A stretch of 64,000 nucleotides of DNA. Origin: Takakia lepidozioides (taxonomy: Eukaryota; Plantae; Bryophyta). Positions 1 through 13,900 of this stretch are shown here, piece after piece (the stretch's first letter is position 1; each line of letters opens with the position of its first letter). The stretch lies in contig CM060734.1 of assembly GCA_030704615.1 (NCBI GenBank), positions 12,400,001 to 12,464,000 on the forward strand, written 5' to 3'. The translations under genes were made by a program, and so were the position numbers. The notes below the pieces were generated by a model. The model was not told the origin of the DNA, searched no databases, and worked only from the letters and a program-made list of their open reading frames with translations.

Positions 1-1135
1 TATACCAACTCGATGCATCACCTGGAAGTCGTACTCTTGAAGCATAAGTGCCTACCGTGCAAGCTTCCATGTAAGCTTGTCTGACTCCATTAACCACTTC
101 AATGGTTGGTGATCCGTGACAAGGGTGAAGAGGTTGCCATAGAGGTAACATTTGAAATGTGCCACTGCCCATACCGCAGCTAGACACTCCCTTCATATGA
201 GCTATACTTCGCCTCAGCATCATTGTTCGAGCGGCTGGCATATGCCAGTGGCTTACCTGTGTGAGCACTGCTCTAATTCCCAGCATACTCCAATCCATAT
301 GTAGCTGGAAATGCCCCGAATAGGCCGCCTCAGAATAGGTGCAGAAGTCAATCGAGCCTTGAGTTCCTCAAAGGCTTCTTCTTGCTCCTCCTCCCACTGC
401 CACTCCTGACCCACCTTGGTCAACTTGGTAAGAGCCTTTGCTATGCTGCTAAATCCCTTGACAAACCGTCGATAGTAGTTTGCCAACCCCATGAAAGCAC
501 GAACTCTGCTAACATCTATGGGACGTGGAATGCGTGCAATGGCCTCCACCTTCGTCTTTTGAACACCCAATCCTCCAGGGTATATCATATGGCCCAGATA
601 CTCAATTTGGTTGTGGAAGAACTTGCACTTCCCAGGGTGCAATTTCAACCCATGCGCTCTCAAGCACTCAAACACCATCTGAAGATGTCTCTCATGCTCC
701 TCAACCGTAGCACTAAAGACGATGATGTCATCAGTGTAACACTAGGCAAAGTCTAGCCCCGCGAGAATCCTATCCATAACCCTCTAAAACTCTGCATGAG
801 CATTCTTCAACCCAAACGGTAGGAACCGCCATTGGTACAAGCAATCCTTCCCATGTTGGTCAATCCCCCAAAATACCGTCTTTTGTTTGTCAGCCTCTTT
901 GATTGGCAACTGGTGGTAACCGGATCGCAAGTCCAATGTGCTAAGCACCTTTGCATGCCCAATGGCATCAAAGATCTCTTCTGGAGTTGGCATGGCATAT
1001 CTATCGGACTTAGTCTGACGATTAACAGGACGATAGTCCCCACACATCATTCTTTCTGTCCAATTGCCATAGATATCCTTCTTAGCTGACATTACCGTTG
1101 CCGAGGCATACTCCCCGCCTAACAACTCCACCAAT
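1..1135 (-). mobile_element. Ty3/Gypsy RT-RNase H fragment, degenerate; same family as the 51276-63286 element
   Basis: Minus-strand ORFs 784-1599 and 253-678 give RMMCGDYRPVNRQTKSDRYAMP, LDLRSGYHQ, FLPFGLKNA, KLHPGKCKFF and FMGLANYYRRFV, nearly the same peptides as 59770-60500. The fragment runs off the window start. Confidence 0.9.
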
Positions 1136-1199
1136 CCAGTACATTGTTGGGGCTTCGAACAATGTACTATGGAGCTTCGAACAGCTCCATAGTTCGTGA

Positions 1200-1678
1200 C
1201 ACAGCCAGTACATTGTTGGGGGTGGCTACGGCAATTTGCCAAGCTCCATTGTTTTCTGCCACGACAATTGCAATGCTGGGGATGTGGCCAGCTGCAGTGT
1301 TTAGACTGGTAGCTGCACCCTGGATTCAGGGTGAAGACAGCCACAGCTGCACCATGGCAAGCGGCAGCTGCAAGGTTACAGGAGTTGCCAGCTAGACCAG
1401 CCATTGAGCGTAGTATGGTGACTCTTGGGGTAGTCCTGGTGATGGTGTGTTTCAGTTGGGTGGCCCAGCCGGGAGGAGGTATAGGCCACTGCGGGTCTTG
1501 TTGGACTCGGGAGCACAACCATTGACGTTGGGGAGAGCAGCAATTGCAGGCTTGGGCCTTACAGAGGCGGATTTGAAGCCTTGCCCTTTTCAAATTCAAA
1601 CATCTTTGGGCGGTTCAGAGAAGGCACGAGGGATTACACGCCATGAGCTCTTCAATCGATTGCAGCCAGATCATCCTT
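1200..1678 (+). mobile_element. Gypsy gag-protease linker and aspartic protease fragment, inverted relative to the RT fragment
   Basis: RPLRVLLDSGAQPL..GRAAIAGLGL..PCPFQIQTSLGGSE matches 57420-57610 of the full element. Confidence 0.85.
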
Positions 1679-4600
1679 GAAATCCCCAGCTAAAACCCAG
1701 TTGGAGATATGAGGCATTCCAATGATCTTCTCTCTAATAACGTCCCAAAGGGCAGCCCTTTCAAGCGACTGATTCGGGGCATAAACATTAATGAAGGCTA
1801 AGTGGCCAAAGGGGGAGGACTGTTCAGTGACAACACACTGGACTCGTCCTTGAACCCAATTTTGGACTTCAAGAATGCATCCTTCTCTGCTATGGAGTTA
1901 ATGCAAGCTGCCGAGGTGCTGGCCTCCCTCAAAACTCCAGGCCTTGACGGGCTCCTTGTAGAGTTCTTCCTGGCCCTGTGGGATTCTTGGTGACGACTTT
2001 CTTCGAATGGCTGATGACGTCTTGGAGAAATGCATCATGCCTTCGCAGCTATCAAAAGGTGTTATCACACTCATCTACAAAAAAGGCAACAAGGAAAGTT
2101 TGGCTAACTACAGACCTATCACGCTATTGAACTCAGCTTATAAAATTATCGCTAAGGCTTTAGCATTGCGCCTGCAACCCTTGCTATCTAAGCTCATCAG
2201 ACCGGAGCAGACAGGCTTCTTTAAAAACAGGATGATTTTAGATAACATCTTGCTGGTCAATGAAGCCCTTCACTTAGCTCATTCTGAAAACCAGCCTTTG
2301 GCCTTGCTTATGTTGGACTTTGAAAAGGCTTTCGATAACATAAATTGGAGCTTCCTCTTGGGGGCCCTACATGCTGTCGGAATCAACTTCCTCAAATGGA
2401 TCCAAATCCTGCTGTCCTCGGCCTCTAGCAGAGTTATGCTCAATGGCATGATTGCAAAGGCCTTCCCTCTTTTTAAATCGGTCAGACAGGGATGTCCTCT
2501 CGCCCCCTTGTTCCTGATTGCAGCGGATGGTTTAAGTCATCTTATGGACAAGAGGAAAGACTCGCTGGGTCTGATAATTTCCAACTCCGGTGATGACCCT
2601 CTCTCTTCCTCGATTAAATCATCACTCTATGCTGATGACACCACGCTCTTCATTGACAACAGTCAGGGAGCTAATGTGGAAGCAACCCTTAGTTCACTCA
2701 CTGCCTTCTGTGGAGCCTCGGGGTTGAAAATCAACTGGAACAAATCAGTCGGGCTGCTCAGTCAGCTCTCAGACCCCTCTGCAGCTTGCCACTGTGATAC
2801 TTGGGGGTTGGATCTCGGTCTGAAATGGCTGCAGAATGGTCAAACACACGAGCTGTTGGGACACTTTGTCGGCATCAACCTCAATGATGATCTTCGCTTC
2901 TCAACAGTGCTCATGAAGCTCAAACGGAGGCTTACTTACTGGTGTTCAGTTCATCTTTCAATCATTGGAAGAGCGCTAATAGCGAATCAAGTCCTTGAGG
3001 CTTCAATGTGGTTTGTCTCCTCGGTATGGGCCCCTGGCACGCCAATCATTAAACAGATTAAATCCTCGATGAGGAACTTTATTTGGGGAGCCTCACCTAC
3101 TTCTCCCAGCAGACGGGCGCTTGTTAGCTGGGATCAACTTTGCCAGAAGAAAAAGAATGGGGGCCTTGGGGTTTTGGATCCTCAAAAACAAATTACTTCC
3201 CTACTTGCAAAGTGGGTTCCTAGGGTGTTAACACACCTCTCCAGCCCCTGGAGCCGACTGGTGAGACAGCATATCATTGCAGCCATACCCCGAACCAGTG
3301 CTAAATGGAAACATTCCCTTTAGATGGATGGTGCAAGGGGACCAATCGAATTCAAAGCCAGGCTTGAGTTCTCAAGCGTGGAAGTCCATTTGGAGCGCCT
3401 GGTGTAAGATTCGCCCAAAAATTGCCTTCTACTTGTCACGAAGTCCTTAGACAGCCGCTCTTTGGTAATTACAACAGGGATTCTGAATTCTTGATTTCCT
3501 GCTCCAAGCGCTGGGCTGAGTGGGAAGAAGCCGGGCTTTCGCATCTTTTGCATTTTTGGAATATTTCAACCAACTCCTTAATCTCGCCCTCCTCTGCTGC
3601 TGAAGGCTTCTCTCAGAGAAGGATACATCTTGGCTGGGACTCTGTAGTGGGCAGTTTACCTTCAAGTTGGACAGATCTACTGTCTCAACCCCACCTCTTG
3701 AAACTGCCAGGCTGGTTTGGATGGTCAGTGGGGCCCAACCTTAGAGCGTTTTTTGCCACTTCCTGCGTGGAACACTCTCTCTCTGGCATCAGCTTTAAGG
3801 TCAGAAAAATTGGGTTGCTTTTTGCCCCTGAAGTAGCTCAAGTTCCAGATACCAGCAGTTTATACGAGATCAGGGTATGTTGTCTCCTCTCGGGCAACCC
3901 CAGGCCTGAACCTCCTCTCGAGTTGCAACATTATAGTGGCTCTTTCATTTGGTTTCTTTCAGCCCCATTGAAGCTACTGCAATTCGACCCCGGAGAGTGG
4001 TTCTGGAGAAATAAGGGTCATGATCCATTCTTTAAGTATTCAGTCAAGACGGGTATTCTCTGCTATCTCCTAAGAGAGGGTTTGACAGGAAATGGAACTC
4101 TAAGTGGGCTCATCGTCCTGGTCCTCCGATACCTTGGAAAAGGGTTTGGGCCGATATATGAAAAAACACAGGGCTACCAAGGTTGCTGCCTTTTTATGGA
4201 AGGTTGCTAACAAAATTATTCCAGTGGCGGCCATGTTCCCTAATACATCTGGTTCCTGTGCCTCCTGCATGCTGGCAGCGAATGAAAGTGTGGAGCAGTG
4301 AAAGGTGAGCTGAGCCTTAGATCTGCTTTTTCCTAGAGGTACGCTTATGTCTCCAGTTGATGTCCAAATCCACAGATTCCAGCGGCGATGGCAACGAGCT
4401 GATGTCACTGCCAGCACGAAGGGAGGGAATCTTCCCACACGACCCTAGTATGTGCCGAAGCGTAAGAGGGGTAGTTCGTAGCTTTCTTTTTCCTTGGTGC
4501 TTCCGATCTTATCTCCGTCTTCTTCATGTAGATTGTCCTGCTCGAAGCTGCCTTGCTTCCGGAGCAGTACTCTTTTTTAGGCAGTCTCCTCCCTCCCTAG

Positions 4601-4744
4601 TGCTTTGGTTATAGAGTGGTACCTCTTTACTTGCCTTATGGCTTCCTTGTAAGGTTATTTTTTCCTTACTTAAATAAAGATCTACAGGGATACAATCCCC
4701 CTGTTCTCTAAGAAAAAAGAAAGAAAGAAAAAAAAAAAAAAAAA
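1679..4744 (+). mobile_element. 5'-truncated L1/Tx1-like LINE (RT plus C-terminal zinc-finger region) with poly(A) tail
   Basis: PGLDG, NYRPITLLNSAYKIIAK, LDFEKAFD, VRQGCPL and YADD occur in ORF 2007-3323. AFLWKV...CASC...ESVE lies near 4190-4300. AATAAA, a short hairpin and an A-rich tail follow at 4672-4744. Confidence 0.9.
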
Positions 4745-4979
4745 GTTTTTCCCCGACATAAATTACACAGCAGGAGACCTGGTGGGCACGCTAGAGTGAA
4801 AGTAACTTGGTCGCGGCAAATGGTAATTATCACCCGGAGGAGGGGGAGAGTGGCAGAGCTTGAACTGCGTTGGAGGGCATCGTTCCTTCTGGTGGCTGCT
4901 CGTCTTTTTTGTGGTCTTCCGGATCGGTGCTTGCCCTCGATCTTCAGAGCTTGAGAGGGCCGGATCGCAGCTCGCCAAC

Positions 4980-7900
4980 ATGGCGGCCGCAAGCGCTCCC
5001 ATCACTATGAAGGAGGCCTTGACGGTGAGTTGCTGGGAAGGGCTCACTTCTATGGGGGAGGAGGTGGCAGTGAGAAACCTTGTTTGGGGTGCGGTTAGGG
5101 CTGGAAGATGTGTTGTGGCGCATTTTGGCTGGTTTTCCTGCTGTTTGCGTGATACGATAGGTTTGAGGCAGGAGGTTGTGGAAAAGTGCGATGCAGCAGC
5201 AACTGAATATGTGGCAGAGATCATGTCATACGGAAATGTTGGGTGAAGTAACGCAGCTGGCGGATGTTTTCGGAATTGTATCTTTCTGTGGACTGTGGTT
5301 ACTTTTGAACTTTGATTGACAGAGGGAAATGTTGGCTGGGGAAATGCAGCTGACGAGCCTCGGAATTAATCAACAATTTATCACATTCACGCATGTCACC
5401 ATGGAGTCTGATAAGTATATATGTGTGCGGGAGACATCACCTCAAAATAGCGTGGTAATCATAGATATGGCTATGCCCCTCCAGCCGCTGCGACGTCCTA
5501 TAACTGCTGACTCTGCCTTGATGAATCCTACAAGCAGAGTTCTTGCCCTAAAAGGTGTGATCGTCTTGGATCCAACTTCTTTGTATGTAAGTTGAGAAGA
5601 TCAGCCCGGGATTAAAACGGCCAACTTACTGTAACTGGCCAAATGTAGGAGAATGGAGCACCTCTCTCGAATGAGGCATCGCTAGTTGAACCTTGGGTCA
5701 TTGCAAGAGTCGATAAGCTTCAGTCCATGAGCTAGGCGTTTTCCATGGTACTGAGTAGATCTAGGCAACGGGATGGACTAAAGCTTGGAAGTGTAATTCA
5801 AGTAGGCACTCACTGGTTCTGTTCATGGTATGTTGGAGACAGCTCAAATTCCGGGGTCGACACAGGATCATCTCCAAATTTTCAACATCGAGCTCAAGGC
5901 TAAAATGAAATCTCATCAGATGCCAGAGCAGGTTGGCCATGCTATGCGTTGATACCTCACTTCAGATACTAAAAGCAGTTGAGTAGGTCTGTTAGAAGCG
6001 CAGCTGAAGTTAATCCAAGCCATTGGAATCTGAATCAGCATAGTGGTCCAGTTGTTGGTATGGGGTGGGGTTTAGCAGGCTCATTGACTGGAAGTGTACA
6101 TGGTTGGTTGTGGTTGTCAAAGGTGGTCTTCTGGAAGTGGATCACTCCGAAGTTGCTTGGACTTGTAACTCAAACAGCAGTTTACCACTGGTCTATCGAA
6201 GGTATGGAATGCTGCACATAATATCTGGTTCCATTGTGTTAAGGAGTCTTCATTTGCGTCCGGAGGTGCGTAACTCCAGTGACAGGGGGCCTTCAGTATG
6301 TTGTTTATGATTGTCTCTGTCTCATCTGACTTTTGAAACAGGTGACTCTGAACCCCTGAGGATGTTTGAGAGAACGGCAAACTTGAGTGGTAACCAAATC
6401 ATCAACTACCGATGTGATCCCTCTGAGAAGTGGCTCGTCCTGATTGGCATTGCACCAGGAGCACCTGAGGTACTATCCGATTGGATTAGTGCATACATTA
6501 ATCTCCTACCAAACCACAATGATGCTTTCAGCTTGTGCCCGTTACCTCTTGGTTTTGGTGATTTGACTCTGTTTCATCTGTCCCCTTCCTCCTGGTGATG
6601 TGTTCTCAGAACACCGAGCAGGCTGCCAGCAACTCTCTACCTCTAACTGTCAACTATACTCTACATGTGCTTGCCAGCGTCCCAGCTGCCAGCAACCAAC
6701 CATAGACTACATTGAGATTGGGACATTGTGGTGCTTGACAGCGTCCCCAGCTCGTAAAAGGAAACATGCAGCTCTTTTCAGTGGACCAGCAGCGGAGCCA
6801 GGCATTGGAAGCACACGCGGCATCTTTTGCATCTTTCAAGGTAAGGTGTTACCTGATTGTTGCCCGTTCACTTCATTGCTAGTCAATGAGAGATGTGAAA
6901 CGAGATGAAAAGGGCTTCATACTTTTTGTTTTGAACTATCTACGATGCATGGGGGTTAATGGGTGAGTCTGTCGTCAAGTGCCTGCAGGTTCCCCTAAAG
7001 GACCAACCCTCCACTCTCATTTCATTCACAACAAAGACTATTTCGGGCGGTCAGCTAGTTTCCAAGTTGCACATAATTGAGCTGGGTGCTCAGCCAGGTC
7101 TGTCCTTTCTTTTCTCACACACCACAGTATACCCTTGATTGATCCCAGGTGACAGGGAGCGAAACTCCATCACTTTTGATTGCGTTTTCAACAAAATCCA
7201 TTAATGCCGGTCAGCTTTCGTCAAAGCTGCACATCATTGAGCTCGGGGCTCAGCCAGGTTGGTCAGACCTAGATCAACTTATTGCAATCCGACTATGCTC
7301 TGAATTTCTGGAAGTCCAGGTTTCTGAAAGTCCTGAACTATAGCCTTGGGAAGAGACGGTTTAATCGCTGAATAATTTGGATGTTTGGTTAGAATCAAAA
7401 GACGATGTTGTGTGATCTGCCAGTCTGGATATATCTGTACCTAGAACTTTTGCAGATTGAAAGCCAAGGTTGCACAGTTGTGTTGCTATTATAGCTGGGC
7501 TTCTTGTTGTGACAAACTGATGGTATTTGCCATTGGCATATGATGGGAAACTGTGCATGGAGTGAATCAGCAGAATGCCCCGGTGGTTCCATGGCAGTAC
7601 CTTGCAGAAATTCCACACCTTCTCTTGCTTCATGGTTAGCTGTGGTTAAAGCACATTTATCTATAAGATGCAGGGTCAACGAAAGACTGTGATGAGGTCT
7701 TAAAAGTAAAATGGAAGATTGTTCTAATGAATTAGACTTGTGGACTGCTTTTTCCTGTTCAGGTAAACCTGGATTCTCCAAGAAGCAGGCAGATCTCTTC
7801 TTCCCTCCAGACTTCGCAGATGATTTCCCTGTATCAATGCAGGTGGGTGTATTTGCTATGTGTTTGTTTTACTATCTTAGACATGACGAGTGTCTTAGGT

Positions 7901-10900
7901 CTCCTATTATCTTTGTGTCTCAAAGTGTTTATTTATGAAAGGGTTTGACTGGGCAGGTGATTACCTTGGTGAGTGAGCCATAGAAAAAGGTAACGAAGTT
8001 GTCAATGTTGTAGATGCTGGAACCCTTTCTGTCCAATTTCATGATGGTTTCACACTCTCTGACCTTGTTGCATTGTTGTATACAGATATCAGCAAAGTAC
8101 AACCTGATCTATGTGATCACAAAGCTTGGTCTTCTATTTGTTTATGATTTGGAAACTGCCACAGCTGTATATAGGAATCGTATTAGCCCCGACCCCATTT
8201 TTTTGACAGCAGATGCTCCTACAGTAGGGGGCTTCTATGCGGTGAATCGTCGAGGACAAGTCCTACTTGCCACTGTGAATGAGACAACAATTGTCCCGTT
8301 CGTAAGTGTACAGGTATGAAACTGTGCAGTGCTACTCTTCGCATGTGGAGCAAAGATAGGGTCAAGCATTGCGCAAGCACTTTATTTGGGCCTTATCACA
8401 TAAACTCGTGTGACTTCCACTATGAGGATTTGCATGAGCATGATGACTTTGTGACTTGGTGGCAACTGTACATTGCATGATTACTCGAAAGAATGTCAGA
8501 ATTGGGAGGTTGTTCGTTTCCTGTGCCAGTGGGGTCATCGCTGTTCTGTGCTCAACTTCTCTTGTTTGGTCCTTTCAGCTCAATAATCTGGAACTGGCAG
8601 TCAATCTTGCAAAGCGTGGAAATTTACCAGGAGCTGAGAACCTGGTATGATCAACGAGAAATTGCTCTCCTTTCCAAGAGTAGAGTTCTGATTGTTACAG
8701 ATGAATTCCTTCAAGTCACTAGAGTTATTTATTTAAGCCAAGTGTAAGGTAGCAAAATACAATGGTTGAAGCAGCAGATGCTGATTATGACATTTTAAGA
8801 CTGAGGGGCACTCATAATCTCTTTCCTTTTGTTCTCCATATTAAACTGTGCTTTGACAAAGGTATACTACCATTCCTGCTGTCACAGGTTGTACAACGAT
8901 TCCAAGAGTTGTTCTCTCAGATGAAATACAAGGAAGCAGCAGACCTTGCAGCTGAGTCACCCCAGGGCATTCTTCGTACACCGGACACTGTAGCTAAGTT
9001 TCAGGTAGGCAGACTTGTTGGCTACATTGCCCCCATGGGGTGATCAAACCATCATGGTAGTCCTATGCCTTGAATGTTGAGATAGGTGCTCTTGAGATGA
9101 ACTGCGTAGCTGCTTGATTGATAATGCTATTTGGATGGAGAGGCTTCCTTACTCCTGTAGTACCTGGATAGTCTCACATCAAGGGGGTAGTGAGGAAATT
9201 TTTGGGATTGATTCAGATTTCTCGTCTATCATTTGTACCTTTTGATTTGAAAGGACCCACAAGCAGGGTGGATTGCCAAATGTTCAGGGCATTCTCGCCC
9301 TGTGTTTGTTTGCCGTTCAGGTCACTGCGTCCTGCTGTATTGTTGTTATAGACTGTTCATGAGGGAGCTTTCCATGTTTGCAGCATGCTGAATTTAACTG
9401 GTGGCTTCTCTATGTTTTTCTTGCAGAGTGTTCCAGTGCAGCCTGGGCAGACGTCCCCACTTTTGCAATATTTTGGCACTCTGTTGACCAAGGGAAAGCT
9501 AAACGCCTTTGAATCCTTGGAGCTCTCTCGCCTAGTTGTAAATCAAAACAAGAAGAATTTGCTTGAGAATTGGTTGGCGGAGGACAAGTTGGAGTGCAGT
9601 GAAGAGCTTGGAGACCTTGTGAAGGTGAGATCCACAATGTGGCATTGTTCTCTGATTCTGATAACACCTGGTTCACTGTCAAACCTTTGTCTAGTGCATG
9701 CTCATAGACCAAGAGCTCGGGGATGGGGAATGGCTTACATTCCTAGCTGAGGAGGTACAGCTGTCAATTGAAGCTGCATAGACATTCAGGCATGGATGTT
9801 TATTACTTTTACCCCAACTTGCACTGCCAAATGTCAGGAACTGATGAAGGCTGTGGGGACTCTTAGGAGCTAGTCTCTGCTGTTTGATTGATTGATGTGT
9901 ACTCTTGTGACTGACTCTCTGACGCTCAATTGGTTTTCTTTTATTTGATTTACAACCAAACATTAATACAACCTATTGCATTCATGTAATTGGTAATCAT
10001 GCTGGTCAAACTAGCAAGGTCAAACTAGCAAGGGTAACATCTCAATTTGTTAAAGAAGGTGCACCTGTGTCTTGTATCTTGGGCCATTCTAGTGATACCA
10101 CATTTCTACCTTTTACCAGACGGTGGACAATGACATGGCTCTGAAGATCTACATCAAAGCCAGGGCTACCCCAAAAGTGGTGGCAGCTTTTGCTGACCGC
10201 AGAGAGTTTGACAAGATTCTGATCTACTCCAAGCAGGTAAACTGTAGGACTTCCGACAAGGCCAGTGTTATCTAAATGTTTGATTGGCTGCTGTCCTATG
10301 TTTTGTTTTTTCTCAATCTCATCCTCTCAAGTCATGGCATTTGACTACAAGTTATAGATTTCTATTTAATCCAGGGTATTTGGATAGGCCAGAAGCTGTA
10401 CAAGCAGGTATGGATGGTTACATTTTGTTGTGGCCTGTGCTGTCAGGTTGGCTATACGCCAGACTACTTGTACCTGCTGCAATCTATTCTGCGATCAGAC
10501 CCCCAGGTGCGACTACACCAATACTTATTTTAGTGAGACATGTTGTTTTCTTAGAGTTGACTCTAGAATATGCTTTCAGGAGTGTGTTTGTTGTACACAA
10601 ATTCAATAAAGCAGCTTCAAATTGGCTGCAGGGTGCTGTGAACTTCGCTCTGATGATGTCTCAATTGGAAGGTGGTTGCCCAGTGGACTACAATACCATT
10701 ACAGATCTGTTTCTCCAGGTATATACCCTACACTTGTGATAATTTCCCTCTGCTTAGCTTTGTGACCAGAAAGTGGTACGTAGCCCCCGATAGCTGTTGG
10801 GCTAGGTGAACCCTCCGTTTGGGATGTATGCGAAAGTGTTTACATATCTCCAATCGTGGAACAGATGGTCTTCTGCGAAAAGGAGCTGTGGCATGGGGCT

Positions 10901-13900
10901 CATTTTAGGGACATCAGAACAAAGTCCACAGTCTCTAAAAGCTTTGTGAAGGGGTAAATGTAGGATTTCTGACATCCTTGAATTGTTTCTCTGCAGCGTA
11001 ATATGATCAGAGAGGCAACTTCTTTCCTTCTAGATGTCTTGAAGCCCAACCTACCGGAACAGGGCATGCTTCAGACCAAGGTGAGTTTGGTCCTGCCATC
11101 ATCAGATTGGAGATGGAGAATGAGAGTTGCTGCAGTCTTACTTGATGTTTCCCTCCATTGAGCACTGTTGGTTTGTGTCTGTGTATAGGTTTTGGAGATC
11201 AACCTCGTTACTTTCCCCAACGTTGCAGATGCAATTTTGGCAAATGGGATGTTCAGCTATTATGACCGTCCTCGTGTTGCACAGCTTTGTGAGAAAGCTG
11301 GTCTCTATATGCGGGCACTTCAGGTTTGGGTTCTGCCTTACTTCATCAGGGGGAGCATTCAGTGTAGTGCCCAGAATTTCTGCTAGCTTCCGATCATGGC
11401 AGAGTTAAGGATAGCACGTAGTACTTTCTGCACCTTTTGTTGTGCCTATTAGAATCCTCAAACTCAATGATGAGAGGCCAGTTGTGGGGTGTTGTGATTT
11501 TTAACAGGGACATGAGAATAGTGACTGTTACTGTTTTCAAGTGGTGATTGACATAAAATATTTCCTGTTGGTGTTGGTGCAGCACTATACAGAGCTTAAT
11601 GACATAAAGCGCGTTGTCATTAATACACATGCAATCGAGCCTCAGGTATGGAATGTGGCAGACCTTGTCCTGTCCTCACGCTCTCATTCTTGAATTTCTG
11701 ATGGAGAGATCAAAGTCTCTATGACTCTGCTTGCTGTTCTTATCTATCAAGCATGCCCACTTTGCCCTTGGCAAAAGTAGGTCACTGTTAAGATGATGTT
11801 AATTTGTCTTGTTCTCTTTGATTGACCCTCTTAAGTCATTAGATGCTTTCTTTCTGGATTCGTTCCTTTTGGTATTGTCTGTTCCCTTCTGACATTTTGT
11901 CCTGGTGCCTTGTTTTCATCTCATGTAATCTTTCAAATGTGAGTTCAAAGTTTACTAGGCTCCCACTTTGATGTATATCTTATATGGATGCGTCATTTTC
12001 TTTCAGGCCTTGGTGGAGTTTTTCGGAACACTGTCAAAGGAATGGGCATTGGATTGCATGAAGGAGCTTCTTCTGGTCAACATGCGAGGAAACTTGCAGA
12101 TCATTGTTCAGGTGTGAGACCGCTAGGGATTTTGTGCACCACCTCTGTGACATGAAAGACAATAATTTCTTCTGGGAGAGGAATGCAGATTGTATATCTT
12201 ACCTGTCCTCAACAGGCTTGCTGTGATCATTATATTTTCTGTGTGGCTTTAAATATCTGGAGTCCAGTGCTTGTCAATTTATCATGGCATATCACTAACC
12301 CTGGGTTTAACTTGGAGCTCAGCAAACGTGGAAGAGTTGAATCTCGCCGTTCACCCAAGGAAGGCTGGGTAAGAAAGAAGCCTATAGTTGCACTGAGGAT
12401 GCCGAATTGAAAGGCACAACCTGGCTTACTGACAGGTTTGTATCTCCTTTAACTTTGCCTCTGAATTTAACCATGGTTATTTTGCATTTGCAGGTGGCGA
12501 AGGAGTACTCAGAGCAGCTGGGTGTGGATGCATGCGTGAAGCTGTTCGAACACTTTAAGTCCTATGAGGGACTTTACTTCTTCCTCGGTGCATACTTAAG
12601 TTCTAGGTGAGTATTGTCGACATTCTCATTCAAGATAGCTTAGTTTTATCTAAACAAGGAGGTTGCTTTCCTTGCTTAGAAAAGTTGTGGGGTACCAAGG
12701 ACAATTGTGACGTTGTTGGGATTAGACACAAATTCTGATCATCTGAATTTATCGTGCTCTTTGCATAGGATCTTAGGACTTGAATCTTATGTATCCTTGT
12801 TACCGGTCTGCAGTGAGGACCCTGAAATCCACTTCAAGTATATTGAAGCTGCTGCCAAGACTGGTCAAATCAAGGAAGTGGAGCGTGTTACAAGAGAGTC
12901 TAATTTCTACCCTGCAGAAAGAGCTAAGAATTTTCTGATGGAGTCAAAGCTGCCAGATGCGCGTCCCCTGATCAATGTTTGTGACCGTCATGGATTTGTG
13001 CCTGATCTCACACATTACCTCTATGCGAACAATATGCTCCGGTATATCGAAGGTTATGTTCAGAAGGTAAAACTAGCACTGTGCTGCTACGGATTTGCGG
13101 GGGGTTGGGACACATGGATAATAATAAATTCAATCAGCGCTACTTTGTGTCAACAATAGTCACTACCCTTCTGGTCAATAGTTTGTGTGTGATCTTTTGC
13201 AGCGATGCCCACTACACCCTACTGTGGGCACAAGATGCTAAGAAGGGCCATCAATAGTAAAAGACAAGTATCAGAGAGGATGGGTCCATCCCAATTTGGT
13301 CCAACAATTTTTGGCATACTTGTGATCTAGGGTCAGGTTTGTCCAACTTGGAGGTGAGTGTGACAAATGCTCATGCCTCCCTATAGTGTCTTTTAGCCTC
13401 CACCATGGTGTCTGTTAGGGGAAAGGGTTGATGCCGACCTCATGGGTAGGACATCAAACTGAACTGAGACGGAGCTTTCACAGGTTAGCATAATTTGGAA
13501 GGAGAAGGTGGTTGATGAATTGCTCTTTGAAGCCCTCATCGCTATCGTAGTCACATGAGACAGTGGGATGCTTATGTGGGCACATTGACTAAAGGATACA
13601 CTGGTTCTGATAAAATTGTTCACTGTGCAGGTCAATCCAAGTAACGCACCTCTGGTTGTTGGCCAACTGCTGGATGATGATTGTCCTGAAGACTTCATCA
13701 AGGGTCTCATTTTGTCTGTACGATCTCTACTGCCAGTAGAGCCACTTGTGGAGGAGTGCGAGAAGAGGTGATTGCCTTTTTTGACTCCATGCTTCTGTAA
13801 AAAGGAAATGAATACTTCTTGCATGGTTCCTCACTTTAATTGGTAGATGTGCCCCTCACAAAAGCTGTATCTGCATCACACAGTGAACTCCTCCTTGAGC

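Noticed and set aside
784-1599. 271-aa ORF as a novel RT fusion protein
   Set aside because: Chimera across the inversion junction: its N-terminal part is antisense gag-protease sequence.
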